From positions 1 through 58,645 of IMG/VR virus record IMGVR_UViG_3300012895_000001: DNA of 58,645 nucleotides; one strand, 5' to 3'. The stretch comes from a virus. Taxonomy: Duplodnaviria; Caudoviricetes. Positions within the stretch are counted from its first letter, which is position 1; every line of letters starts with the position of its first letter. Under the pieces are notes generated by a model. The model saw only the letters and a program-made list of their open reading frames with translations. It searched no databases and was not told the DNA's origin. Positions 9,930 through 20,453 of the stretch are shown piece by piece. The translations under genes were made by a program, and so were the position numbers.

Positions 9930-10297
9930 AACCTTCACCCATCAACTCGAAGCTCTCAACCGTTTTCCTCGCGCTGGCTTTGCTGCGGGGATGTGTGCCG
10001 TGTCAGGCGGGTGAGACAATGGACGCAACGAAGGTCAACCGGATTGCCGTCGCCATCTTCAAGAGCGAGGGCGGTTATGCGGCGGCTTATCTCTACGGCA
10101 TCAAGAGCGTGCCGTATCGCACGGAAGCGGAAGCGCGACGGATTTGCGAGAACAGCATCCGCAACAATTACACGCGCTGGCTGGCGAGCGGATGCACGAA
10201 CGATTTTATTCCGTTCATGGCGGCGAGATATTGCCCATTCGATCAAATCAACTGGACGCGGAATGTGAATTACTTTTTACAACCCAAAAAACCATGA
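9926..10297 (+). CDS. secreted lysozyme/transglycosylase-like protein
   Basis: Hydrophobic N-terminus; AIFKSEGG, YGI, ARYCP...NWTRNV. Confidence 0.5.
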   Translation: MKPSPINSKLSTVFLALALLRGCVPCQAGETMDATKVNRIAVAIFKSEGGYAAAYLYGIKSVPYRTEAEARRICENSIRNNYTRWLASGCTNDFIPFMAARYCPFDQINWTRNVNYFLQPKKP

Positions 10298-10938
10298 GCG
10301 ACGAACATATCGAAATCAGCGGCGTGGCCAGCCGGCCATCATCGAACGAGTTGGAACGCCGCGCCCGCGATGCCGAGCCGTTGGATGATGAATCCGGCCC
10401 TCAAAGCAGCCTCGCGCTGGATCTGGCCGAACAGTTCCGGGGCGACGTGGTGAGCGATGTGACCGCGCCGGAAATCCTGCTGTTCCTGGCCGAGCGTGGC
10501 GCGTTGCCGGCGGTCAATGGCCGTCACCATGCGGAAGTCCAGAACGCGGACGGCAAATACAAGGAACTGACGGCCATCTTGCTCAAGGTGCTGGATTACA
10601 CGCGACCACCCGACCGTCCGGGCAAGGATGAATTCGATGTGCTGTCCACCATGCGCGTGCGCCGTTACGCCGTGCTGCACGCCTTCGACCAGGAACAATT
10701 CGACTTTATGAACGGCAACCTGAACACGCAGGAATTCGCCGCCACGGTGAAGGTGTTGAAGCTGAATTATGTCAAGGGCAAGGTGCGCCGGACGGAAAAG
10801 GCGCTGACGAAGGCGGCGGTTAATAACGCCGTTTTGGATGCGCAGAAACATTTTCAACTTCCCCCAAGGCGGGATCAGCGCAACGAGGAAACGCGGGACA
10901 AGCAATCCAAGGTGCGCAAGGGGCAGTTGGCAGCTTAA
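10294..10938 (+). CDS. putative transcription regulator with C-terminal HTH-like region
   Basis: TQEFAA...LTKAAVNNAV..AQKHF; resembles the ORF at 31469. Confidence 0.5.
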   Translation: MSDEHIEISGVASRPSSNELERRARDAEPLDDESGPQSSLALDLAEQFRGDVVSDVTAPEILLFLAERGALPAVNGRHHAEVQNADGKYKELTAILLKVLDYTRPPDRPGKDEFDVLSTMRVRRYAVLHAFDQEQFDFMNGNLNTQEFAATVKVLKLNYVKGKVRRTEKALTKAAVNNAVLDAQKHFQLPPRRDQRNEETRDKQSKVRKGQLAA

Positions 10939-10953
10939 CCAAAAACAACCACT

Positions 10954-11598
10954 ATGAAACCAAACGACATCACCATCATTGACAACCCTCGCGCGCAATT
11001 TCTCGCGGCGCATCCACAGGAAAAGGCGGCGCACGATTCGCGCATGGCCGAGTTCCGCGAGATCGCAGGCAGCCTGGTGGAAAAAATCAAGCCATCGCTC
11101 CAATCCATCATTGACCGCGCCGAGGAAGTGCGCCGCATCGGCATTGTGCTCACGGAAGAAGCGCAATCGTTGCCGGGCGGGAAGTTCTCCAGGGATTTCT
11201 TTGAGCAGATGAAGCACGAACTGACGGATGCTCGCGGGCAGTCGGTGTCGTTCGAGCTTTGCGAGTGGGCCATCCGCGTGGCGCATGAGAACTGCGACCC
11301 GATTGATGAATTGTTGACGGCGCTGAAATACAAGCAGCCGCTCCTGCTGGCGACGGGGGACGCGGATTTCAAACTGGAATCGGTGCGGGCGGTGCAGCAC
11401 GCCGTCGCGCCGGTTGATCCGCGCGTGCAGTTGAACAAGGTGTGCGACGTGGCGACGTTCAAATCCGTGCGGGCCAGTTTCACGGAGAAATACTTTGTGG
11501 ATAACCAATGGACGCCCGGCGCGATTGACGTGCTGGCAGGCCAGTTGAAACCCTACTTTGACGAGGTGGAAAGTTTCCGGGCGGAGTTGGGGATATGA
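10954..11598 (+). CDS. hypothetical protein
   Basis: Long ORF with phage-like codon usage. Confidence 0.7.
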   Translation: MKPNDITIIDNPRAQFLAAHPQEKAAHDSRMAEFREIAGSLVEKIKPSLQSIIDRAEEVRRIGIVLTEEAQSLPGGKFSRDFFEQMKHELTDARGQSVSFELCEWAIRVAHENCDPIDELLTALKYKQPLLLATGDADFKLESVRAVQHAVAPVDPRVQLNKVCDVATFKSVRASFTEKYFVDNQWTPGAIDVLAGQLKPYFDEVESFRAELGI

Positions 11599-14358
11599 AC
11601 TCCTCAATCAAAGACCTCGGAATAAACCGTTTCTGGGGAGAGATGGGAGAGCCAGACTTGGACAAGCTATTTGAGAAGTGTGTCAGACGAACATTCGATG
11701 ATGAATGGCACAATGTCAGGTGCAAGCTTAGCTTCTGGTCAACGTCAGGGGCAAATAAGGAATTAGTCGAACGCACCGCCAAGAACTATTGGCGTCAATA
11801 CTTTGAAGATGGAGAATATGATAAACTTTTGAAATTATGAATGACAAGCCGAAATGTAACTGCGGACTAGGAATGTTGCCTTTTGACGATGGCAAGCACT
11901 ACCCAACTTGTCCTGCTAACCCCACACCACCCACCCAGACGCCGAGGACGGATGCAATAGTCTATGACCATAAAAGACTTCCTACTATTTATTCTGACAT
12001 AGTTGAACACGCCCGCACCCTAGAACTCGAACTCCTCCAAGCCCAACGGGAGAGGGATGAGGCGAGAAAACAACTTAACCAAGGCGATACTGAAAATAAA
12101 TACCTATGAAAACACTTGAAGGAATCTTAATCATCGGAATTGTGGTCGTAGCATACCTTGTCGCATCCATAATTTGCGCTCCAATTATTATTGCTAAATT
12201 CTTCCTAGACATAAAACCATGAACACAAATCAACCACCTGTCACCGGTAATCCAGCAGAAGATGCTTTTTATGAGCGTGTTGAAAATTTGGAATCATCAA
12301 GACATTCACATGAACCGGACATAGCCCAATCCATTGTGCCGGATGGACATTGTAGAATTTGCCGGATGTTGTGTCGTATAGAAATGCTCGAACTCGAACG
12401 CGCAGAAGCATCTATTTCAGTTCAACGACAAGATTCAGTTATGAACGACGAAATAATAACCTGCCCAAACTGCGGAATAAGTAATCTGGCTAGTGAGCCG
12501 TGTCCGAAATGCCAAAAACAAATTTCTTTGGATGAGTTGCCGTGTTCGGCTGGCTTGGCATCTGATACTCAAAATCTACTCAAAGAAATAGAATGGAGCG
12601 GGTGCGTAAACACCGAAACCATGACCGTGCCAGCCTGCCCTTGCTGCTACAACTGGAAGCCCGATAGTGGAAACGCGGACTTCTGGAATGGCCGAGAGGA
12701 AAGGCGCGGGCACAAACCAGACTGCAAGTTAAATCGCTTTCTAAAAAGTCCTACCATCCACGCCATAAAATCGCCCAAAGATTTAACTGCCGAACTCACC
12801 CAACTTCGGAACGCGGTGGATGAGTTGGTGAAGCAGCTTCGTAAGGCAGATTGGAACTGTGACTGCTATGAGGACGAAGGACATAGACAATCGTGCAGAA
12901 CTATTATAATTCCTGCTGCAATAGAACTCGCCAACAACCTGCCACATAGGAAGGAGAGAGGAGTATGAACGCATCTATTTTCACAGGAATTGGTCAGGAT
13001 ATTCACCGACTAGAACAAAACAAAGCTGATAAACATGAACTTACTACGCTCGCTGGCAATGTGGATAGTTTGGAACGTGCCAATAGGGAACTTCGCGCCG
13101 AAGTTAATGGGCTTCGCTCTGAATTCGAAGCCTGTAAAGAAGAAATAAACCATATCAAATCATTTCTCGTTTTATGAACCGCCCACCCACCACACCAAAG
13201 AGAAGGGGAAGGTAGTATGACACCTAAATGTGTAAAATGGGGTTGCGATAACGCAAATTTGGAATGGCTTCCAGAGGGTCGCTCACTTCAAACCAGCAAT
13301 GGATTTTTCACGTCATATAGCGACGGCTGGGTATGTCCAGTATGCGGCGGAGGCTATGGGAAGCATCCTGCACCCACCACACCAAAGAGAAAGGGGAAGG
13401 GATGAAAGACCATAAAGACTTAATTCGTTATCCTGTAAGCCATGAAAAATTGGATAAATACACAGCGTCCTATCAAGTTACTCTATTCTGTGCCAACTGC
13501 CACCACATGGACTACGGACGATTGCCAAAAGGAATACCACGAATCGGAATTAATTTTGAGTGTGAAAAATGCGGATGCCAAAGCACAATAGTTTAACCAC
13601 CCACTAAAGGAAACATGAAAACAGCGGAAGAATGGGCAATAGAACTTGGCGCGATAGGCGACGAAGCCATTGTGACAGCTAACATCGTTAAACAAATCCT
13701 CCAACAAGGCCGCATCGAAGGTGCGAAGTGGGCGGCGGGGAAGGCTAGAAAAGCAGCAATAAACTTGGCAAGCGATAGCAATCACATCCCAATTATAGCA
13801 AACGAAATCGAGAAATCCATCCTCTCCTCCCTCGACGAACTAAAGGAGATTAAGTGATATGACAAAGGAACAGTTTAGTAAGTGGAAGAAGAACGGAAAC
13901 CTACAACTTGCCAAGCAAGAAATTTACGAATCACTGGCAAATGATTTAGCAGAGAACATGAAGCTGTCACAACGAAACCTGCTTGAACTTGCAAAGTATT
14001 TACAGCTTTCACTGGTTGAAGAAAACAATAAAAGGCAAATGTTAAAGTTGGATGTTCTCGACTTTGCATTGAAACTTAACAAGCTATGACCCCCACCCCA
14101 CAACCCCAACCCTCCGCAGAGACGAGGGCGAGAGAGTTGATGAAATCATTCTTAACATGGACTCTTTTCCCACTCTACGCCACCGCAGCCTTTGTGGTTG
14201 TTGCACTTTACTTGATTTGGTTTCTTATGCTCGAAACGTGGCATCAACTCAAGGTTAGAGGTTTCGACGGAATAGCAATATTCACCATAGTTTGCGCGGT
14301 GGTTTATTGCGCGCTTTTAATGGTTGGGCGCGCCATGTCAAATAATATTTATCGGTAG
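11595..14358 (+). other. AT-richer cluster of small overlapping accessory ORFs (11595-11840, 11837-12109, 12219-12968, 12965-13177, 13217-13405, ~13402-13596, 13615-13857, 13859-14089, 14086-14358)
   Basis: Co-oriented, often ATGA-coupled small ORFs, many Cys-rich; visibly lower GC. Confidence 0.65.
13184..13400 (+). repeat. ~29-bp direct repeat (CACCCACCACACCAAAGAGA(A)AGGGGAAGG) flanking ORF 13217-13405
   Basis: Copies at 13184-13212 and 13371-13400. Confidence 0.85.
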
Positions 14359-14368
14359 TCGCAAAATA

Positions 14369-15268
14369 ATGCCACGCAAGCCAGCCAAACCAAAAACGCC
14401 AGTTGCGCCAGCGGTCAAGGAATCCTTGACGACTGAAACGCCGCCCGCGTTGCCCGACGAACGCGAGGCGCAACGGGTGGAGGCGCGGTTTGTGGAGATC
14501 GGACGCTCGCATGGCGATGTGACGGAAAAGCGGTTGCGCGACCTTTATTTCATCTGGAAAAACCCGATCAACGCCGAGGGTAAAATCCAGCGGTTGCGCG
14601 GTGATGAAATCAAGGAGCTGCAAAAACACGGCATCATCCAGACCGAGATCCAGGAAACCGGCGAACTCGGCAGCGGCGTGGCGTGCGCGGAATACATCAA
14701 GAAAACGCGCGGTTACGCCTGCAACAAGGATTTCATCACGAAATGGACGAACGGCAAGATGCGCCCCCCGGTGGGCAATAAAAGATTTCCTATGGCCGAT
14801 GCGGCCGGCCGGCGCAAACAGTCCGAGGTGGATGCCTGGTGCGATGTTTCGTTGCCGGGCGGCACGGGTGAGATTTCAGCCGGGGCGTTGAACAAGATTG
14901 ATCCGCACACGCGCAAGGCCGAGGCGGATGCGAAGGTGGCGGAAATGGAATCGGCGGAGATGGAACGCGCCACTTCCGGCAAATGGATTCTGTTCGCCAT
15001 CGTCAAGAGTTACGTCAACGGCATGGGCGCAAGGGCGTGCGCCGCGTATGACCGGGCGATTGAGGACCGCGACGGGTTGCGGAAAATCGTTCGCGAGGTG
15101 GCGGCGCGTTGCGGGGCGACGGAAGAATTCATCCTGCGGCTGGACGCGGAACTGGCACGCGAGTTTGTGACGGCGAACGACAACCTGAAAGCCGAGTTCA
15201 AACGCACGCAGGTTGAAGCGCAGAAACATTTTGAACAGCAGAGAAAGGAACAATTGAAGGCAACGTGA
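14369..15268 (+). CDS. putative terminase small subunit
   Basis: Upstream of TerL; HTH-like segment then RKAEADAKVAEME..E...G. Confidence 0.55.
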   Translation: MPRKPAKPKTPVAPAVKESLTTETPPALPDEREAQRVEARFVEIGRSHGDVTEKRLRDLYFIWKNPINAEGKIQRLRGDEIKELQKHGIIQTEIQETGELGSGVACAEYIKKTRGYACNKDFITKWTNGKMRPPVGNKRFPMADAAGRRKQSEVDAWCDVSLPGGTGEISAGALNKIDPHTRKAEADAKVAEMESAEMERATSGKWILFAIVKSYVNGMGARACAAYDRAIEDRDGLRKIVREVAARCGATEEFILRLDAELAREFVTANDNLKAEFKRTQVEAQKHFEQQRKEQLKAT

Positions 15269-15283
15269 CGTTGCATCCATTTT

Positions 15284-15709
15284 ATGAAAATTAAAACTGA
15301 AATAGAGTTCGCGCCGTTTTTGATACGGATTTCCGCCGGTGTCCGCTATTGGGAAGATGCCAAGATCAACGGAGTCGAGGATTCTGATGGCTCATTGATT
15401 CCGCACAGGCAGTTCGACTCGTGGAAGCCGGTGATTTATTTTGCCACCGGCCAAGTTTTGAACTGGCCGAACATTCCAAAACCAATTTCAGCGGACATCC
15501 ATTACAAGGTCTGCGATGCCGGCGAATACTGGCTGGAAGATGTTGACGGGAAGCGCGTGAAATACAAGGGCGACTACGTTCCTTCGTTCCTATCCGTTGG
15601 CGAGCGCGGCTGCGGCGATTACATCGTTTTGAAAATCAAGCCGGATGGATTTATCGAAGGATGGCAGCAGCCGGAACTTGATGGCGACGATTGGATTTTG
15701 GAAAAATGA
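15284..15709 (+). CDS. hypothetical protein
   Basis: ORF between TerS and TerL, coupled to TerL. Confidence 0.65.
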   Translation: MKIKTEIEFAPFLIRISAGVRYWEDAKINGVEDSDGSLIPHRQFDSWKPVIYFATGQVLNWPNIPKPISADIHYKVCDAGEYWLEDVDGKRVKYKGDYVPSFLSVGERGCGDYIVLKIKPDGFIEGWQQPELDGDDWILEK

Positions 15710-17754
15710 CCGCACACACCACCCATGCAGAACGCGACCCGTTGGAATACCAACTTGACGCGGAATTCTTTGGCCGGCTGGCCCAGCCGCGATTCCGCGG
15801 CCAGATTTGGGATTATGCCCGCACGTTTGAGTTGGGAAGCAGTTACGAGGTGCCCAAGGATAATGTCTGCCGTGATTGCCGCGCGCAGGGCATCAAGCGT
15901 TGCCGCCATTTCGAGATTGATACCGCCCGGCAACTGGTCGGGCCGATGCAGGCCATCCGCGATGATAATGTCCGCATGGTGATGGTGTTGAAGGCCACGC
16001 AGACGCTCGGCTCGCTGGTCTGGGATCTGGCACTGCATTGGTTCATCGTCCATTCGCCTTACCAGACGATGATCGTGTTTCTTGACGCGGACGACAAGGC
16101 GCAGAATTATTGCGACAAGCGGCTGATGCCGACGTTGAAGGCGAACCCGGACATCGAGCCGTTCATCCCGACGGGTATTGACCGGCATGACGCGACGAAA
16201 ACGGACATCAAGTTCACGAACGGAAAAATCATCCGCATCTGCGGTTTGAACGAATCCAATGCGTCGTCGCTGACCTGGCAGGTGGTGGTGATTGACGAGG
16301 GCTGGTTACATTATTCGGACGGGCTGATGCAGAAAGGTATTGACCGTGCCAAGCAGGTGGAGAACCGGAAGGTCATCATCATCGGTCAGGCAGGCAAGGC
16401 GGATGAGGACCAGGATAAACTGTGGAAGGGTTTGAACAAGCGCGTGCCGCTGACGTTCGCGTGTCCGTGTTGCGATGGGCGGCAGGAATTTTCTTTCACG
16501 AAGGCGCGACCGGAAGATTTCCAGCCGATAATCCGCGAAGGTGTTGAGCCGCCCAAGCCCGGCACCTACTACGGCTTGACGGTGCCGCAACGGTTCAGCG
16601 AGATAACGGACGTGAAGGCGGCGGCGAAGGAAGCCTATTACGAATGTTACCACTGCGGCCATCATATCGCCGACACGAAGGAAAACCGCGCCGCGATGAT
16701 GGCGACCTACCAGCAGGACTGGCAGATGAACGGTTTGACGCCGCCGAATTACGAGGTGGGTTTCTGGAATCCCGACCCCGCAAGCGTGACCTTGCCGTTT
16801 GCGCAGACGATGGCGGCGTATATCGCGGCGAGCAAGGCGGACAAGGAGCGCGGAAACCGGCAGCCGTTGATGGATTTTTACCAGAACCGTTGGGCGACGG
16901 CGTGGAGCGACGGCATCATCGGCATCGGTGCGGCCGCCTTGCCCATGCACATTTTTGACGCGGACAAGCCATTGCCGGGCGAACTGGTGCGAATCGCGGG
17001 TGTGGACGTGCAGGACAATCTCACGAATGTCTGGATTCAGATTTGGGCGATTGGCGAAGGGGCGGCCATGCGGCTGCTCTGGTGGGAGCATGTCGAATCG
17101 CCGATGGGCATGACCTTGCTGGAACGCCGGGCGCATGTCAAAAACCGTTGCCGTGAATTGTTCAAAAAATTCAAGGTGCAACCGCAAAATGTGAAGTTCG
17201 ATAGGGCGCACGTTCCTGAAATCATTTTTGAATGGGCGGCCGAGGATTGCGTCCGGGGCGGCTGGCTGCGTGACCGCGCCGGCAACAAAACGAAACAGGA
17301 TGTGTTTTACGGTCTGGTGCTGGGCGATCCGTCCAAGGGTTACAAGCACAAGACGCGCGGCAACAAATATGTGTGGGCCGGATTCAGCCCGGTCTTTTAC
17401 GAGCAAGTAGTTTTGACCAACAAGCTGGGGCAGCGGGAGGTGTTGCGCGTGCCGTATCGGTTGATGTCCACCGACCGCTCGCAAAAGCTGGCGCAACGGT
17501 TCATAGACCAGCAGGATTCTCCGAAAATGGAGATCCCGCCAGCTTACCTCGCGGATAAATCATTGCTCGGATTCTGGTCGCAACTCAATTCCGAGACGCA
17601 GGTTTTGGAAAAGGGAAAAATGGTGTGGCGGCAGATCAGCCAGCGACCAAATCATGGACGCGATGGATTCCGCATGGTATTGATGCGGATGGAGGAGGTC
17701 GGTCTGCTGACGTTTGTGAAACAGGAAGTGGAGGAAGCAGATGCCGCAGATTGA
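15706..17754 (+). CDS. terminase large subunit, lambda GpA type
   Basis: VLKATQ.., VVIDE Walker B, CPCC and CYHC Zn motifs, F.Q.R.A..W, GVDVQ, NH.RD. Confidence 0.85.
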   Translation: MTAHTTHAERDPLEYQLDAEFFGRLAQPRFRGQIWDYARTFELGSSYEVPKDNVCRDCRAQGIKRCRHFEIDTARQLVGPMQAIRDDNVRMVMVLKATQTLGSLVWDLALHWFIVHSPYQTMIVFLDADDKAQNYCDKRLMPTLKANPDIEPFIPTGIDRHDATKTDIKFTNGKIIRICGLNESNASSLTWQVVVIDEGWLHYSDGLMQKGIDRAKQVENRKVIIIGQAGKADEDQDKLWKGLNKRVPLTFACPCCDGRQEFSFTKARPEDFQPIIREGVEPPKPGTYYGLTVPQRFSEITDVKAAAKEAYYECYHCGHHIADTKENRAAMMATYQQDWQMNGLTPPNYEVGFWNPDPASVTLPFAQTMAAYIAASKADKERGNRQPLMDFYQNRWATAWSDGIIGIGAAALPMHIFDADKPLPGELVRIAGVDVQDNLTNVWIQIWAIGEGAAMRLLWWEHVESPMGMTLLERRAHVKNRCRELFKKFKVQPQNVKFDRAHVPEIIFEWAAEDCVRGGWLRDRAGNKTKQDVFYGLVLGDPSKGYKHKTRGNKYVWAGFSPVFYEQVVLTNKLGQREVLRVPYRLMSTDRSQKLAQRFIDQQDSPKMEIPPAYLADKSLLGFWSQLNSETQVLEKGKMVWRQISQRPNHGRDGFRMVLMRMEEVGLLTFVKQEVEEADAAD

Positions 17755-17793
17755 CACGGATTTTAACGCAATGTCGCAAAGATGCCAAGGCGC

Positions 17794-18129
17794 TTAGGCA
17801 CCTTCGTTCACATCGCGCAAGATGAGGTTGATGTGATTGCCGGCGTTCTGGGTGGAATGAATTTTGCAATCGCGGGCCTTGCCGGTGTTCGGCAGCACGG
17901 TCACGTCCAGTCCGAGCGTGAATTCCAATCCGACCGGCAGATCGGATAGCAGGATTTGAACATCGCCAATCATGTGCGGTGAAATGCCGCCGCTCACCAA
18001 AATATCCTGTTTGCTGAAGGTGCCGACGGTGCAATCGTAGGCGACGTTGCGGATGGAAACGGTTCCACCTTGCAGGTCGGACTTGACCATCTCGCGGAAA
18101 CCCGATTCAAGATATTTAGCATCGCCCAT
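17794..18129 (-). CDS. putative head-tail joining/closure protein (inverted orientation)
   Basis: ~111 aa beta-rich ORF in the head module, preceded by the TTGACT late motif. Confidence 0.5.
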   Translation of the reverse strand: MGDAKYLESGFREMVKSDLQGGTVSIRNVAYDCTVGTFSKQDILVSGGISPHMIGDVQILLSDLPVGLEFTLGLDVTVLPNTGKARDCKIHSTQNAGNHINLILRDVNEGA

Positions 18130-18175
18130 TTGAAAAGGCGGCAAGTCAAAGTTTGACTTCGCCGCCTTTTCGATG
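18127..18175. promoter_or_regulatory. near-perfect palindrome with back-to-back TTGACT-N14-ATG motifs
   Basis: CAT-TTGAAAAGGCGGC-AAGTCAAA-G-TTTGACTT-C-GCCGCCTTTTCG-ATG. Confidence 0.7.
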
Positions 18176-18526
18176 CCCGAACGCATTTTCAAGTATCATA
18201 CGACCGCCGAATTGGTTTCTGGCGTGAAGGAATTGGCGATGATCCGCGCGTCGGCATCGGGCACCATAACGTCGCTGAAAAATTCCAACACCGGATTCCT
18301 CAAGGAAACCGGCGAGGTCAGCCAGCAGCAGCTTCAGGATATTTACCTCAATGCCCGCTACGAAATCTTTCTGCGCGGCCAGGGGATTGACGGCAATGAC
18401 GCCGATGAAACCTGCTCCGGCCTGGAGGCGACAAACCCCTATCTGGAAAAAATCATGCGCGTCAAGACCGTCCACGGACGCGGCAACGGCTTCATCGGCG
18501 GTGGATTCAACACCGGACCAATCTGA
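18173..18526 (+). CDS. putative gpW-like head completion protein
   Basis: Position between TerL and portal; small size. Confidence 0.45.
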   Translation: MPERIFKYHTTAELVSGVKELAMIRASASGTITSLKNSNTGFLKETGEVSQQQLQDIYLNARYEIFLRGQGIDGNDADETCSGLEATNPYLEKIMRVKTVHGRGNGFIGGGFNTGPI

Positions 18527-18528
18527 CC

Positions 18529-18750
18529 ATGAAAGCACCCAAACCAGCGACGGTGGCGGAGTTGATCGCGGTCGTTGCCGAGAGCAACAAGGCGCATGAT
18601 TTTGCGCTGAAGATGGGCGCGCTCAAGCCGGGCGTGAAGGTGTCTAATCCGCTGCTGGATAATCTTTATGTGGCGGCCACGCACGCCGCCAAGTCTTTGC
18701 AACCGTTCATGCAGGTTGAAATCAAAACCGCCGCGCCCAAATCCACATGA
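18529..18750 (+). CDS. hypothetical protein
   Basis: Coupled to the portal gene. Confidence 0.5.
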   Translation: MKAPKPATVAELIAVVAESNKAHDFALKMGALKPGVKVSNPLLDNLYVAATHAAKSLQPFMQVEIKTAAPKST

Positions 18751-20438
18751 GCGACATCTGTTCACCTTACACCAGCGGCACGCAGTTCGGCCGGAAATTA
18801 TTTCCGTCGCCGCGCGATAATCCCGGCAAATATCAAACCATCTGGCCGTTGCAACGCGACATCAAGCGCAGTATCTCGCAATATGACCATGCGGAAAAAG
18901 TCACCATCTGCGCGCAAATCTCGGCGCGCATCCCGGCGTTGAGCGGGGCCATCCGCCAGAAAAACTCATGGGCGTTCCCGGCGCAAAGCTGGCATCCCAT
19001 TTTTTACGGGGATTATCTGGACGAAGGCATCTGGGAGGAAGCGGCGGAGGATTGGCTGGTGCATTCGGTTTTCCCCAACGCATTGCTAGGCAACACGTTC
19101 AAGCAACTTTTGAAAGCCATTCAGGTGAGCGGCATGGATGTTGACCGGCATGGGCGCGATCTGGCGGTGTTTTCGCGGGACGCAGACAACATGCCGAAAA
19201 TGAGCATCATCCCCGGCACGCGCATCGGGAATGGCAATATCGGCATGGGCGGTTGGATGAGTGTGACGGCGGACACGTTCGGCACGAACGGGCTGGTGTC
19301 GGGTTATGCGGTCTGCAAGGGCGGCGAGTTTGACGGTTATCGCATCTACAACGGCATCATCCATGACGAAACGGATGAGCCGATTGCGGCGCGGGTGCTG
19401 GGCATCAAGTCCAACGGCAAGGGCGGCTGGCAGGAAACTTATGCGGATTACCGGCTGGGTTTCAAATACGGCGCGCACCTTTGGAGCGAATATGACTGGC
19501 ACGGCATGGGTGCGCCGTTGCCGAAGATGGCCAGCGCGATTTTGAAGTGGCTGCGGAAGGAAGAAATTGACGATCTGTTTTTGACCGGCATCGCCAACGC
19601 CGCCAGCCAGACGGTGATCCACAAACTGGCCGAAGGGCAGGACGCGATGCAGGCGCTCGGCGATGGGATGCAGATGATTGAGCATACCGACAGCGATGGC
19701 AACAAGCAGCAGATTTACGTTTCCAAGCTGGGCGACGGAAGCACCAAATACATCGGCAGCGAGGAAGAATTGGAGGGTTTGAAATACGACCAACCGCACA
19801 CCAACGTCCAGGATTTTGCGGACTCCAACCTGGTGGAATGCCTGTTCGATTACGGCTGGCCGTATGCGTTCCTGGACAGCGGCGGCACCGGGCGCGCGGC
19901 CACGCGTCTGGATTGCGAACTGGCGAACGGGTCCATCGGCGAGAAACAATCGCCGGGCGAGGAACGGATGTTCTGGTTTCTGAAATACGCCCTCGCTTGC
20001 GGAATCACCTATAAGAAAATCCCCGCGCCGCCGGCTGGTGTTCTGGACATGCCGTATCGGTGGACGTTCGGGACGCCCAAGGAAATCTCCGTGGACGCCG
20101 GCAATGATGTGACGGCGTATCTGAACATGCTGCGGTTCGGCTTGACGAGCCAGCGGATCGGCGCGAGCCGGTGGGGTTACGTCAAGAAACGGATTGACCG
20201 CGACCGGCTGAAGGAATCTTACACGCTGATTGACCAGACGAAGAAGATGCTGGAATACGCCAAGCGCGAAAAGGTGGACCTGACCTCGCCGGAATACCAA
20301 TCGGCCAGCAGCTTTTTCTGGATGCCCAACGCGAACATCCAGACGCCCCAACCGGCAGCGGCGGCCGGGGCGGAAGCGGATAAAACCAATTTACCGCCGG
20401 GGAAAACGAAACCGGAACCGGCCAAGAAAGCGGAGTAA
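18747..20438 (+). CDS. portal protein (lambda-like, divergent)
   Basis: 563 aa between TerL and protease; W...P..ISVDAGND.....LRFGLTS. Confidence 0.7.
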   Translation: MSDICSPYTSGTQFGRKLFPSPRDNPGKYQTIWPLQRDIKRSISQYDHAEKVTICAQISARIPALSGAIRQKNSWAFPAQSWHPIFYGDYLDEGIWEEAAEDWLVHSVFPNALLGNTFKQLLKAIQVSGMDVDRHGRDLAVFSRDADNMPKMSIIPGTRIGNGNIGMGGWMSVTADTFGTNGLVSGYAVCKGGEFDGYRIYNGIIHDETDEPIAARVLGIKSNGKGGWQETYADYRLGFKYGAHLWSEYDWHGMGAPLPKMASAILKWLRKEEIDDLFLTGIANAASQTVIHKLAEGQDAMQALGDGMQMIEHTDSDGNKQQIYVSKLGDGSTKYIGSEEELEGLKYDQPHTNVQDFADSNLVECLFDYGWPYAFLDSGGTGRAATRLDCELANGSIGEKQSPGEERMFWFLKYALACGITYKKIPAPPAGVLDMPYRWTFGTPKEISVDAGNDVTAYLNMLRFGLTSQRIGASRWGYVKKRIDRDRLKESYTLIDQTKKMLEYAKREKVDLTSPEYQSASSFFWMPNANIQTPQPAAAAGAEADKTNLPPGKTKPEPAKKAE

Positions 20439-20453
20439 TCCTGCACCAAATTT

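Noticed and set aside
15985-16020. Degenerate Walker A in TerL (KATQTLGS) as a sign of inactivation
   Set aside because: GpA-type terminases often have deviant Walker A motifs, and the other motifs are intact.
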